From the NCBI GenBank assembly GCA_965218435.1, contig CBDCKW010000009.1:3872001-3936000 (forward strand): a stretch of DNA of 64,000 bases. The letters are read 5' to 3'. The position numbers were made by a program, and so were the translations under genes. Shown one piece after another: positions 1 through 9,492 of the stretch (its first letter is position 1; each line of letters starts with the position of its first letter). Origin of the DNA: Truepera sp. GTDB taxonomy: Bacteria > Deinococcota > Deinococci > Deinococcales > Trueperaceae. The notes beneath the pieces are model-generated. The model was not told the DNA's origin. It made no database searches and was given only the letters and a program-made list of their open reading frames with translations.

Positions 1-578
1 TGATTTGGGCGGGATAGCCGCTTTGATACCTCTCTAAGGACGTCAAGGACGCGTGCCTGGGCATCGTAGGCTTTGTCGGCGAGTAGATACTCAGCTTCGA
101 CTGCTGGTAATAAGGCGTCAGCGCCTTGCAAGTCATGCGCTTGACCGGGGGTCAGGAAAAAGCCGGTCAGATCGTCACAGGTGGCGTGAATCTTCGTATT
201 CAACCCACCCCGGCTGCGTCCAAGGGCTTGTGCACCCGCTTAAGCGCCAGCACTAGGCTGGTGAACCCGCACGATGGTTACGTCTATACCCTGCCGTTCG
301 TTCCTCACTTGGGGCACTTTCATCGCGTACTCGTTATCTGCGTCAGCTACCAGTGCATCAAAGACCCGTTCCCGCACCCCGCTTTTGCCCAGCGACTATG
401 ACGGATATGAACGACGCGAAAGTCACCGAAGCGTTCGGGTAGGTCACGCCAAGGAACACCGGCACGGTAACGATACAAAACCGCTTCAACAAACAAACGG
501 TTAGCCTTGGCAGTTACCCCGACCGTACCCTCTCGTCCTGGTAAAAGCTCTTCTATTCGTTCCCCTGGGTCATCGCGC
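1..578 (-). pseudogene. IS5-family (IS427-group-like) transposase pseudogene, running off the window start
   Basis: Minus strand reads ERIEELLPGREG...NRLFVEAVLYRYRAGVPWRDLPERFG, then TIVRVHQ...ALGRSRGGLNTKIHATCD...LTPGQAHD...LLADKAYDA. There is a 1-nt frameshift near 383-386 and an in-frame TAA at 240-242. Confidence 0.85.
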
Positions 579-888
579 TAAACGGACTCGCTGCAGCCTA
601 ACAAGAAGCAGTGTGGAACTCGAGTTACGCAAACTCAGCTAAACTGTACGCTTAAACCATACGCTTACAGCAGTCAGCTGGTTTGAGACGCTCTCAGAAA
701 AAGTATCGTTCCTGCAGAGAACTTCGTACATGAGCATGCACATTCTGGGATGGTGGCTACGGCGAAACCGTGCCGTACGACGTGAAAACTGCGTTTGGCA
801 GCTACCGGCCTAGTCGCGCTACTTATGGCGTGCAGCCAAAACCGTATAAATCTTTAGGCGAAACGTTTTACAGTTTGGTAACTCATCA

Positions 889-1971
889 TCAGATGCCGAC
901 GGCTCGCTGCCAGAACCAAAAGCTACCCGCTATCACTACAACACAGGCAGTGCTCGTCAACAGACCCTGGGTCAGCCGGGGTGGGGCGTAGCGGCGCAAC
1001 GTTGACAGTAAAGGTGCGGCCAGCAGAATGACGGCGACTTGACCGACTTCCACGCCGACGTTAAAGGCGGCTAGCGACCAGGCCAGCGCCCGCTGGGGCA
1101 GCTCAAGGTCTACCAAAACGCTGGCGAACCCGAATCCGTGAACCAGGCCGAACGCAAACGCGAACAGCACCCGCGGGTCTCGGCCTGCGCTGAGGGTCCG
1201 GGTGCGCCGCAGTTGTCTCAGGTCGTGGAGTCCCACGACCACGATGCTCAGAGCGATCATGCTCTCTACCAGTCGAGAGGGCAGCTGCACGAGGCTTAGT
1301 GTCGCCAGCGTCAGCGTAATGCTATGGGCCACGGTAAAAGCCGTGATGACTCTAAACTGGGACGCTAATTTGCCACCCAGCAGAATCAGCGCCAGCACGA
1401 AGAGGATGTGATCTGGCCCGATAAAGATGTGGTGGACGCCCTCGCGCACAAAAGCGATGATGACCGACCCCAGCGGGCGCTCCGGCGTACGAAGGGCGAA
1501 TGAGGCGTTTTGTCGGTCCAACGCGTATTGTCCAACCAGCGCGTCGGCGCGGAATACGTTGACGAAAACTTTGTGTAGGGCGTCTTCTGGAAAAAGGTTT
1601 GCCCGAACGTTCAAGGTGCCGGATACGGGCGACGCAGTGATATTCAGGTTCACCTCCTCACCCGTGGCCCGGACGCCCTCTACTGTGAGCGAAAGCGGTT
1701 TACCCCCGGACACAAGCTGTAAACGAGTCGTTAGGAGCGCCTCGAGCGCGGTCTGAACACCCTCGGGCAGCGGGTCGTCACGCAACGTTTGCGCCGTAGT
1801 CCCGATAGGTAGAGGCGAGGGTTGTTCGTGAAGCAGCGCCGCCACCGGAAGTTGCACTATGATCTCTGTTGCGCTGGGCTCGAGCCGTACGTCCACCCGA
1901 CTGAACGTAAGCTGGTGCGCACCGGCCCAGCTGCAGATGAGCAGTAAGGCGAGCGTTTTGGGACGCTTCAC
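889..1971 (-). CDS. HupE/UreJ family membrane protein with N-terminal exported domain
   Basis: Signal peptide ending AGAH; C-terminal GVHHIFIGPDHILF, AFTVAHSITL, FGLVHGFGFA and FNVGVEVGQ motifs. Confidence 0.88.
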   Translation of the reverse strand: MKRPKTLALLLICSWAGAHQLTFSRVDVRLEPSATEIIVQLPVAALLHEQPSPLPIGTTAQTLRDDPLPEGVQTALEALLTTRLQLVSGGKPLSLTVEGVRATGEEVNLNITASPVSGTLNVRANLFPEDALHKVFVNVFRADALVGQYALDRQNASFALRTPERPLGSVIIAFVREGVHHIFIGPDHILFVLALILLGGKLASQFRVITAFTVAHSITLTLATLSLVQLPSRLVESMIALSIVVVGLHDLRQLRRTRTLSAGRDPRVLFAFAFGLVHGFGFASVLVDLELPQRALAWSLAAFNVGVEVGQVAVILLAAPLLSTLRRYAPPRLTQGLLTSTACVVVIAGSFWFWQRAVGI

Positions 1972-2504
1972 GGGCGAGTGACCTGATACGTCACGGTAAG
2001 CTGCCGACCATCGTCGCTACGCCCTTGGTCTGTAACCTGAAGCTGCCAGTCCGCCGTAGGTTGCAAAAAGATATTAGCCGTCCACTGGCTTTTGACCGGC
2101 TGATAGCGGTTCTGATAACTCAGGGTCTGCTCACCCAGTTCGCTCGGACACTCGGCTGTGGCGTAAATCTTGAGCGTGTCGTTGCCGAAGAGATTTTGGT
2201 AAGTGGGGACTATCACTTCAGCCAACTCCCAAGGGACGGTCGCGCCGCTCAACGTGAGGGTAGATTGCTCCAGCACCCCCTGGGCGTAGGCTCGAGCTTC
2301 GGGGTCTGTAACGGTTTGGTCGGCATTGACATCGAGGGTCCCCAGCACCGCGCCCGCCACCTGGGTTCCAAGGGTCAAATCCAGCTCGAGTTTTACTACG
2401 CCCGGCGCGAGTGTCAGGTACGCGCCCTGCACTACCTCATCTACCGGATGGGCCTGTCCGAAGCAGAGCAAAAGGGGGAGTAACGTCCCGGCAAGCCTTT
2501 TCAC
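1968..2504 (-). CDS. Exported hypothetical protein with N-terminal His after the signal peptide (possible metal-binding partner of HupE/UreJ)
   Basis: Signal peptide then HPVDEVVQ; 4-bp overlap with the downstream gene; GAGG-type RBS. Confidence 0.7.
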   Translation of the reverse strand: MKRLAGTLLPLLLCFGQAHPVDEVVQGAYLTLAPGVVKLELDLTLGTQVAGAVLGTLDVNADQTVTDPEARAYAQGVLEQSTLTLSGATVPWELAEVIVPTYQNLFGNDTLKIYATAECPSELGEQTLSYQNRYQPVKSQWTANIFLQPTADWQLQVTDQGRSDDGRQLTVTYQVTRP

Positions 2505-2513
2505 GTCACCGCC

Positions 2514-3743
2514 TCACTTCGTCCAAGCCGCGCCGTAGTCGTTGGTCGGGTCACGGTACAAAGAGTGGAGATGGTTTGCGGGGTCATTTCCCAGGGTTTG
2601 CGGGGAGAATTCAATGATTACGCTCGGTCCGGTTACGCGGTAGTAAGCCGCGCTGCCTGCGCTGGTTGGACCATACCAGGCGAAATACGTCTCGTTCAGA
2701 TTTTTCTCGATCACTTTCAGCTTGGGGGCCAGCGCCTCGGCGTTGAGGGCACCTAAACGGTCTTCCACAAGGGCCAAGAGCTGCGTTTTCTGCGCGGCGC
2801 TCATCGCACTGCCGGGAAGCCCTTCGGGTTGTAGGGTCTGGTTGTCGTGTCCCGGCCCTAAGACGAGGTCAATTCGCTGCGTGCTAATAACAGCTCTGCT
2901 GCGCTGTTCAGCGTTGAGACTACCCAGCATTGCAAACGCGTCCTTCATCTCCCGCGGTACCTGGGGGACGACCATAAAGGTCTTGCCCATGACGGTAGCC
3001 CTGATCGGTTCGCCTCCGGTCAGGCTGGGCGCAAGGGTGAGGTTCGGCCCGACCACCGTCGCATTGATCCCCAGGTGGTGTCCGCCGTACTGGAGCGTCC
3101 AAGGCGAGGTGGTGGACGGCGTGCCGACAAAGGACACGGAGTAGTAATCGCTGCCGAAGTTTGTCTGTGGGAGGGAGCCGCCAGGCCCGCCACTTCCAGA
3201 CCCGGCATCACGGGGTCCGCCAGCGGGAGGTCGTCCGCCGCCGGGGGGACCCGCCGGGGGTAGATCGTTACTAAAGGCCAAGGCCGCAGCGGAAGGCGGC
3301 ACGTTGAGCGTCCCACCGGTAGCTTTCCAGACATCGTCCGCGTTCATCTGATTTTTGACCATCTCGAGGCCGTCCGTACTCAGCACGGTGCCGAGCAACT
3401 CCATCAGCGCACCGCGCTGCTCCGCATTCAGTTCACCCCAGCGCACGCCTGCTCGGTTGAAGAATCCTTCGGGGAGGGGCGACCAGTGGGCACGTTGCGC
3501 GTCGTCCGTCCAGTCGAACAGCACGGCTTTCTTCTGGGCGTCGCTCAGGGTGGCGAGAAATGTGTTGGCGGCGGCGACGACTTTTGTGGTTTGATTCGCG
3601 CTCCGGCTGTCGGTGGCGGTTGAGGCAGTTACAGAGGCGGGTGCCTTTGCTCCCTCTACCGAGGCCAAGGAGAAGCTGCACAGCGAAACACTGCAAAGGG
3701 CAATCAACAAACCCGAGAGACTTTTGGTTACCTTCATAAGCAA
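2514..3743 (-). CDS. DUF3500 domain secreted protein
   Basis: Motifs WSPLP, FVGTPS..PW.LQYGGHHLGIN, YFAWYG, YYRVTGPSVIIEF and NHLHSLYRDPTNDYG; signal peptide; Pro/Gly-rich insert. Confidence 0.88.
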   Translation of the reverse strand: MLMKVTKSLSGLLIALCSVSLCSFSLASVEGAKAPASVTASTATDSRSANQTTKVVAAANTFLATLSDAQKKAVLFDWTDDAQRAHWSPLPEGFFNRAGVRWGELNAEQRGALMELLGTVLSTDGLEMVKNQMNADDVWKATGGTLNVPPSAAALAFSNDLPPAGPPGGGRPPAGGPRDAGSGSGGPGGSLPQTNFGSDYYSVSFVGTPSTTSPWTLQYGGHHLGINATVVGPNLTLAPSLTGGEPIRATVMGKTFMVVPQVPREMKDAFAMLGSLNAEQRSRAVISTQRIDLVLGPGHDNQTLQPEGLPGSAMSAAQKTQLLALVEDRLGALNAEALAPKLKVIEKNLNETYFAWYGPTSAGSAAYYRVTGPSVIIEFSPQTLGNDPANHLHSLYRDPTNDYGAAWTK

Positions 3744-3904
3744 ACCTTCTTTCAGTGCATTGGGCGTGAGCTGTTCAGATACGGCTGAAAACCACTAAAG
3801 ACTCAGAGCGTTCCTTTTTGGTTTGTAGCTTCTGCTGGTAGCGCCGCGTTACCGCGTGAGTTTGGCTCGAGCCAGCTAATTTAGTTCCCCTATTTAGCGG
3901 TGTG

Positions 3905-4369
3905 TTAAGGCGACCCTAGCAGCGGGTTAATTCCATCTACATTGGTGCCGTACTCGTAAACCAAGTTGCCGCCTGTGCCGCCTAGGACAACGAGCCAAAC
4001 AATGCCGATACCGGCGATGGCGAGGTAGTAGGGTTTGGACCCGACATCATTACCTTTGCGCCGCGACCTGTAGCGCCAAGTCAGTAGCCCGAGGGTCAGT
4101 GCTGAGCCGATGAGCCCCAACAGCTGATGCTGCTCGATAACGCCTGCAAGCGTCGTGTCTTCGTAGGGAACGTGTGAGATGAGTCCGGTGACAACGGCGG
4201 GTAAGGTGGCGAAACCGCCTACCACGAGGAGCAGCCAGGAGGCGGCGTTGAGCCTCTCGTTACGCTGCCAAAACAAACTTAAGGTAAAGCTTAGAACCAG
4301 CAGCGCAATAGGAAAGTGGACGATGATGGGATGTAGGTCACGTTGCAAATTTCCGAGGAAGTCGAACAT
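3905..4369 (-). CDS. DUF2231 family membrane protein
   Basis: LHPIIVHFPIALL motif, conserved His (EQHQLLG), C-terminal GGNLVYEYG; start at ATG 4369 behind AAGGAG. Confidence 0.85.
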   Translation of the reverse strand: MFDFLGNLQRDLHPIIVHFPIALLVLSFTLSLFWQRNERLNAASWLLLVVGGFATLPAVVTGLISHVPYEDTTLAGVIEQHQLLGLIGSALTLGLLTWRYRSRRKGNDVGSKPYYLAIAGIGIVWLVVLGGTGGNLVYEYGTNVDGINPLLGSP

Positions 4370-4484
4370 AAGCGGCACTCCTTGCAGGCTTGGTCTCGAG
4401 TCCGGCTTTAAGCCGAGGTTGCTGATGCTGGGAACTGGATTTGCTTCATGAGACAGTCTAGGTGAACACGCTTGGGCTGTCCGA

Positions 4485-5225
4485 TCAGCTGTCCTCGAGG
4501 GCAGCTTCAGCCCCGGGCGCAACGGCTCTGAGGGTCGTGCGCAGGCGGCTGAGGTCGTAGCCTTGGCCTATAACGCCAAACACGAGCGGAAAGACGTGCA
4601 CGTAATGTTCGGCGAGGCGCTCGGCGGCCTCTTCAGCGTCGTTCGCGGCGGCGGCCTCGAGGATTGCCCGATGTTCGGCGCGCCGCTCGGCGAAGTTTTC
4701 GGCCGCGGTGAAACGCAAGCGGTAGCGTTCTACGTGGTCGGTCAACTCAGCAATTTCGGCGCTTATCCGGGTTCCGGCAGCGGCGATGAGGGTGTGATGA
4801 AACGCCCTATGGGGTTTTCCCAAGCCGGGCTGATCACCGACTTTCTGGTAGTGCTCCATCTGCGCCAGGTAGCCCTCGAGCGCGGCCACGTCGCCCGAGG
4901 TCAGCCGCGGCACCGTGATGCGAACCGCAACGGTCTCGAGCGCCAAACGTGCCACCGAAACCTGCTCAAAATCCTCAGCCGATAGGCTGGCGATCCGCAT
5001 CTGCTGGTTGGGGGCAGCGATGACCAGCCCTTCACGTTGCAGCATCCGCAGCGCCTCTCTAATCGGGGTGCGCCCAGCACCGAAAGCCTGCGCGAGTTGA
5101 GCCTGCGAGACGCTGCTACCGGGCTCGAGTTCACTGTGCAGGATCGCGGTTCTCAGGGCGTCGTGTACCGTAGCGACGTTCTGGCCGTCGCGGAGCTTAG
5201 GCGTTAGTGTGTCCAACTTCATCAC
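4485..5225 (-). CDS. GntR/FadR family transcriptional regulator (wHTH + FCD)
   Basis: LAQAFGAGRTPIREALRMLQREGLV HTH; FCD-type AFHHTL and EHRAILEA. Confidence 0.92.
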   Translation of the reverse strand: MMKLDTLTPKLRDGQNVATVHDALRTAILHSELEPGSSVSQAQLAQAFGAGRTPIREALRMLQREGLVIAAPNQQMRIASLSAEDFEQVSVARLALETVAVRITVPRLTSGDVAALEGYLAQMEHYQKVGDQPGLGKPHRAFHHTLIAAAGTRISAEIAELTDHVERYRLRFTAAENFAERRAEHRAILEAAAANDAEEAAERLAEHYVHVFPLVFGVIGQGYDLSRLRTTLRAVAPGAEAALEDS

Positions 5226-5273
5226 CTGGCATCAACCTCGCTATATCTTTCGGTAAGCTGCAAAACTGCACTG

Positions 5274-5732
5274 TCATGAGCCGTCAGCCGGTACGGTCGC
5301 GTAGCGCAGCATCACCTCGAGGTTTGCTTCCGGGGTAAACCGACCCTCGGCGCTCAGACGTGCGAGTTCGCGGAAATAGTCCACATAGTAAGCCGGTGTG
5401 AAAGTGCTGAAGAACGCAACCGGCGCATCGGATACGTTGGCGAAGGTGTGCACCGCTCCAGTCGGAACGACGACGTAGTCACCGATTTTGGCATCTAAGT
5501 AGGTATCGCCAAGGAGAAATCTGAGGACACCCGCGGTGACAAGAAACGTCTCATCGTGCATGAAGTGGCGGTGTAGCGGCGGCCCGGAAACGCCGGCAGG
5601 CAACACTGAGGCGACCGCACCGATACGGTTGTCGGTGCGTGAGCCGTCCTCGAGGACGTGGATGCGGGTTGGACCCACCTCAAGCAGCTCGCCTGAATCT
5701 TTAGTAACTAGCTTTACGTGTGACATGATCAA
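5274..5732 (-). CDS. Cupin domain protein
   Basis: PPLHRHFMHDETFLV and GDYVVVPTGAVHTFAN cupin motifs. Confidence 0.88.
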   Translation of the reverse strand: MIMSHVKLVTKDSGELLEVGPTRIHVLEDGSRTDNRIGAVASVLPAGVSGPPLHRHFMHDETFLVTAGVLRFLLGDTYLDAKIGDYVVVPTGAVHTFANVSDAPVAFFSTFTPAYYVDYFRELARLSAEGRFTPEANLEVMLRYATVPADGS

Positions 5733-5847
5733 CCTCCCTATATGGTGAGGGTCGTGGGACGGCGGTTCGGGTGCGGGCGTAACCCGCTCTCCTGGCCGCA
5801 GCTCAACTTCCCTCAGAGCTGTAGCTATCGTCTAGGTCCTGCAAAAG

Positions 5848-6759
5848 TTACTGGGCGAGAAACGTCTGTACGCCGGTCGCTACTCGCCACGGTTCGGACG
5901 TGTCCCAGTCGGGGTAGCGCGCTTTGAGTTGCGGCGCGAGCGTCCCGATGATCGCGTCTGCCTCGTGACCCTCAGCGGCGAGTCGCTTGGTCTCTGAACG
6001 TAACAGGGTTAGATATTCGTGCGTGGTTGTAAGAAGCTCGGTATCGCCGAGTTCGCCGTGACCGGGGACGACGAGGTTCGGCTCGAGGCGCTGTAATTCT
6101 TCGATGACCGTAATCCAATGGTTGCCGTCAACGTCCACGTCGTAAGGTGGGACAAACGGAAAGATCGGATAAAAACGGTTTTCGACGAGATCACCGGTAA
6201 AGAGGACGCGTTCGTTCGGCAAGAAGATAACCTGGTCGCCGCGTGAGTGCGCCGGGGCCATCGTTCGCAGCTGCACCGTTTTGCCGCCGAGGTCGAGGTC
6301 GGCACCGCCGCCATAGACGATATGTGGGTCGATAAACTTGACGTCCTCGAGTTCTTTTGCGACTGTGCCACCAAAGCTGCGGAACTGCTCTAAGTAGCCC
6401 TCCGCCTTCTGGCGGAACTCTTCGTGCTGGGCGCGGTTGTAGAGGACCGTCGTGTCCCGAAACGCCTGAGCGCCGAAGCCGTGTTCGGGATGAAAATGCG
6501 TGAGGGTCAGGAATAGAAGTCGGTCTCCTGCCAAGTCTTTAGCGATCTGGTGAACGATGTTACCGCTCCGCAGCCCCAAGCCGGTCTCGACGACAAGCGC
6601 GGCGCGGTCGCCCACGATCACACCGACGTTCGGGACGAGCGGCACGCGGCCGTCGGGAATGACGAACACGCCGTCGGCAACCTCTACAGGTTTTCCCTGA
6701 ACGATAGGGGGTGGGGCAGCCGTGTCTATGCCAAAATTTGCGGTTTCAGGGTTACTCAT
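5848..6759 (-). CDS. Metallo-beta-lactamase fold hydrolase
   Basis: THFHPEH, AHSRGD, LFTGD and VVPGHG motifs. Confidence 0.9.
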   Translation of the reverse strand: MSNPETANFGIDTAAPPPIVQGKPVEVADGVFVIPDGRVPLVPNVGVIVGDRAALVVETGLGLRSGNIVHQIAKDLAGDRLLFLTLTHFHPEHGFGAQAFRDTTVLYNRAQHEEFRQKAEGYLEQFRSFGGTVAKELEDVKFIDPHIVYGGGADLDLGGKTVQLRTMAPAHSRGDQVIFLPNERVLFTGDLVENRFYPIFPFVPPYDVDVDGNHWITVIEELQRLEPNLVVPGHGELGDTELLTTTHEYLTLLRSETKRLAAEGHEADAIIGTLAPQLKARYPDWDTSEPWRVATGVQTFLAQ

Positions 6760-6846
6760 TAGGGTCTCCTTTTTCTGGGGATTGGTTTTTGGGTCTCGAG
6801 GGACAAAGCGCGTTGCGTACAGCGCGTGTGACGGATGGGCGTGGGT

Positions 6847-7884
6847 TTACTTAAGGGTCAACGCCAGCGTGTCTGCCAGCGCGCCACCGCCGCAACCCAG
6901 TGCCCCGCCTGAGAAATAGGCCACGCCGTTCACGGTTGCTGCGCCGAACGCGTGACGCCCCTGCGGTAAAGGCGTGAGCGTCGCCCAACTATCAGTCTTG
7001 GGATTGTACGCAGTAACGTCCGTGAAGGTAGTTTCAGTACCTGCCGCTTCGTCCTGCTTGCATTCCCCACCCGCGAAGAGAATTTGACCGTTCAGCACCG
7101 TGGCAGCACCAGACGAACGCGGAACCGGCAGCGGCGCGGCGGAAGTCCACGTATCGGTCATAGGATCGTAAACATCATGACGGTCTACGTTATCCACGGT
7201 ATCCCTGGTACGACCACCAAACACGTGCACCTTGCCGCCTAACACAGCAATGCCGAGATGGTCGCGACCAGGGCCGGGCAGCGGCGCACCTTGCGACCAC
7301 TTGCTGGTTGCCGGGTCATAGATTTGGTGTGTCGTGACCGTGCCGAAGCCCTGATAAAACTCCGGCGCACCGGGTGGTGTTGGGATTTGGACGACCTCGT
7401 CAGAAATCCGGCCGCCGAAGATATGAAGCTTGCCGTCCACTGCCGCAGCCGCTACCGAGCCGCGTGCGCTTGAAATGTCCGCAAGCTTGCCCCAGGTGTC
7501 GGTCTTGGGGTCGTAGACGAAGGCTGACGTTTGGGGGTCTAAATGGATGATATGGCGAAACCCGCCGATGGCGTAGAGCTTGCCGCCCAGCGCTGCGACC
7601 CCTACATGGGTCAGTCCTTGCGGCAGAGGTGCACGCTTGGTCCAGGTGTTCTTAGACGGGTTATACATCAAGTTCTGCGTAGAGTCGTAGGTTGCCTGAG
7701 CCTTCCCTTGCTGCTCGGTGCCGCCAATCACGTAGATGTTGCCGCCCAACTCCGCGACGCCCACTTCGGCCACGCTTTGGGGGAGGGCCGCCTTGGGCGT
7801 CCAGTTACTTTGCGGTGCCGACACGCCTGCTGAACACCCCATCAAGGCTGAGGTGAGGGCTATAGCTACAATGTTTCGGATCAT
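6847..7884 (-). CDS. Kelch-repeat beta-propeller lipoprotein
   Basis: Lipobox LMGC; about six GG...YDP...W Kelch repeats. Confidence 0.88.
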   Translation of the reverse strand: MIRNIVAIALTSALMGCSAGVSAPQSNWTPKAALPQSVAEVGVAELGGNIYVIGGTEQQGKAQATYDSTQNLMYNPSKNTWTKRAPLPQGLTHVGVAALGGKLYAIGGFRHIIHLDPQTSAFVYDPKTDTWGKLADISSARGSVAAAAVDGKLHIFGGRISDEVVQIPTPPGAPEFYQGFGTVTTHQIYDPATSKWSQGAPLPGPGRDHLGIAVLGGKVHVFGGRTRDTVDNVDRHDVYDPMTDTWTSAAPLPVPRSSGAATVLNGQILFAGGECKQDEAAGTETTFTDVTAYNPKTDSWATLTPLPQGRHAFGAATVNGVAYFSGGALGCGGGALADTLALTLK

Positions 7885-7930
7885 GGTGTTCTCCTTTTTC
7901 TGGTGCGTTGGTGTTGTGCTGATTGAATCT

Positions 7931-8998
7931 CTAGCTTAGATAACCCAGTTTCGTCCAAACAGCCTGAGCTGCCGGGTGAAACGGAACGTCGAGAGGTGTT
8001 TCGGGAGAGTCGGTGACCATCCGCGCCAGCGGCAGAGCGGGTTGCTCCAAAGGCCCGATCTGCCACGGGATCGAGCCTTTTCTGGCCTCCATGCCCTCGC
8101 AGAACTTCCGAATAAGCAGGTCGGGCGCGTCCGACCGAGTGTAGATCGGCCAACCGCTGAAATCGACGGTGGCAACGTCGGCAGGGAGACGCTCATAGCG
8201 CGACTTTTCGATAGTTCCCCGTTTGAAGCCAACACGCTCCAGTTCAGCGAGGTGCTCTTCGTCAATGTCTAAAAAGCGCATCCCGACCTCTGGAACAGCA
8301 TTTGCCCAGACCATCACGCCCTCCTCGAAGACCGCGTCGAGTTCGCCCTGAGCCACACGTCCCAATCGAAAAGGGTAATCAGGCAGCTCTCCCCCCGGCA
8401 TCGGCTGGTCATAGGACACGTTGCCACCCCAGTTAAGGATGTCCTGATAGCTAAAGCCGTGAACATTGAGGACTTTCTCGACCAGCCGGGTGGTACTCGA
8501 GTCGAGCGACCCACGCACTGACAAACGCAGGGGATAAAGCTTTTCCCGGATGTCCGATAAGGATGTCAGCCCGGACGCCTCGCTGACGGCAAAACCGAGC
8601 TGGTCGCTGTGAGGCAGGACAGCGACCAGCGCGACCTGCATGGGTTCTGTGAACAGACCCACACCCCGGTGCGCCATCGAGAGAATGGCGGATGGGTTCA
8701 TGATAGAGATATCGAGCGTGCGCTCAAAAACGCGGCGAATCGAGTCCGGATTATTCGCGCCGAAAAGACTGAAGCTGCCGAGTTCGTCACCTTGGCTTTG
8801 GAGCGCGATGGTCGTCTCGCGGTACGGCCAATCCGCTTCGGTCATCATGTATGACACGGGCTCGAGCATGATTTTGGCGCGGATACCGAGGGGATCAACT
8901 GCGCCGACGGAGCTGACTGAAGGTACACCGCCGGGTTTCAGAGGCACCTCGGACTGCGTGCCGGATTGCGCGTCGGTTTTGGGTTTTTGGTCACTCAT
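7931..8998 (-). CDS. TAXI-like substrate-binding-fold protein (no signal peptide)
   Basis: SGLTSLSDI..K.YPLRLSVRG and GELDAVF motifs typical of type II periplasmic-binding folds; no hydrophobic N-terminus. Confidence 0.65.
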   Translation of the reverse strand: MSDQKPKTDAQSGTQSEVPLKPGGVPSVSSVGAVDPLGIRAKIMLEPVSYMMTEADWPYRETTIALQSQGDELGSFSLFGANNPDSIRRVFERTLDISIMNPSAILSMAHRGVGLFTEPMQVALVAVLPHSDQLGFAVSEASGLTSLSDIREKLYPLRLSVRGSLDSSTTRLVEKVLNVHGFSYQDILNWGGNVSYDQPMPGGELPDYPFRLGRVAQGELDAVFEEGVMVWANAVPEVGMRFLDIDEEHLAELERVGFKRGTIEKSRYERLPADVATVDFSGWPIYTRSDAPDLLIRKFCEGMEARKGSIPWQIGPLEQPALPLARMVTDSPETPLDVPFHPAAQAVWTKLGYLS

Positions 8999-9423
8999 CG
9001 TTTTTCCTCCAAAGTGTTGGTTGTCAAACTACTGGTCATCTCTGAGTCTGCCTCGAGTTTGGCGAGTTCTTCGTGCATCACCATCCACCCGTTCGAGGCA
9101 CGCGGCCCGCCCACAGAGACGCTGAGCAGTGTGGCGAGCGCCTCGAGCTGTTGCCGGGTACAGCCGTGGCGAACAGCCCAGCGGGTGTGTGACCTGAGCT
9201 GCGGCTCGGCACCGCCCTGAGTAATGAGTGCGGCGATAACGATGAAACTGCGGTCGCGCAGACTGAGTTCATCATCAACCCAGATGCCTGCGGCTGAGAA
9301 GATCATTTCGTCGCCGAAACGCTCGCCGACACGTTCGGTAAACCACGATGCGACCTCCTCACGCGGAATCTGAAACTGGCTTGCGTAGGCGTCTAAACCT
9401 TGTTCGTAACGTTTGTTGTCCAC
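8995..9423 (-). CDS. Carboxymuconolactone decarboxylase (CMD/AhpD-like) family protein
   Basis: IW.DDELSLRDRSFIVIAAL...QLRSHTRWAVRHGCTRQQL; probable GTG start at 9423 behind GGAGG. Confidence 0.85.
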   Translation of the reverse strand: MDNKRYEQGLDAYASQFQIPREEVASWFTERVGERFGDEMIFSAAGIWVDDELSLRDRSFIVIAALITQGGAEPQLRSHTRWAVRHGCTRQQLEALATLLSVSVGGPRASNGWMVMHEELAKLEADSEMTSSLTTNTLEEKR

Positions 9424-9452
9424 TCCTAAGTCACCTCCAACTGACAGGCTAT

Positions 9453-9492
9453 ATTCTAGACTAGTGTATCCAAATATGTCAAGTGTATCCAA
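9453..9492 (-). promoter_or_regulatory. Sigma70 promoter overlapped by two putative GntR operator boxes
   Basis: Minus strand TTGACA (9477-9482), 18 nt, TAGAAT (9453-9458). AGTGTATCCAA is repeated at 9463-9473 and 9482-9492. Confidence 0.7.

Noticed and set aside
9423..9492. ORF-track N-terminal extension of the CMD gene to 9492
   Set aside because: It runs through the promoter/operator; GGAGG before GTG 9423 is the better start.
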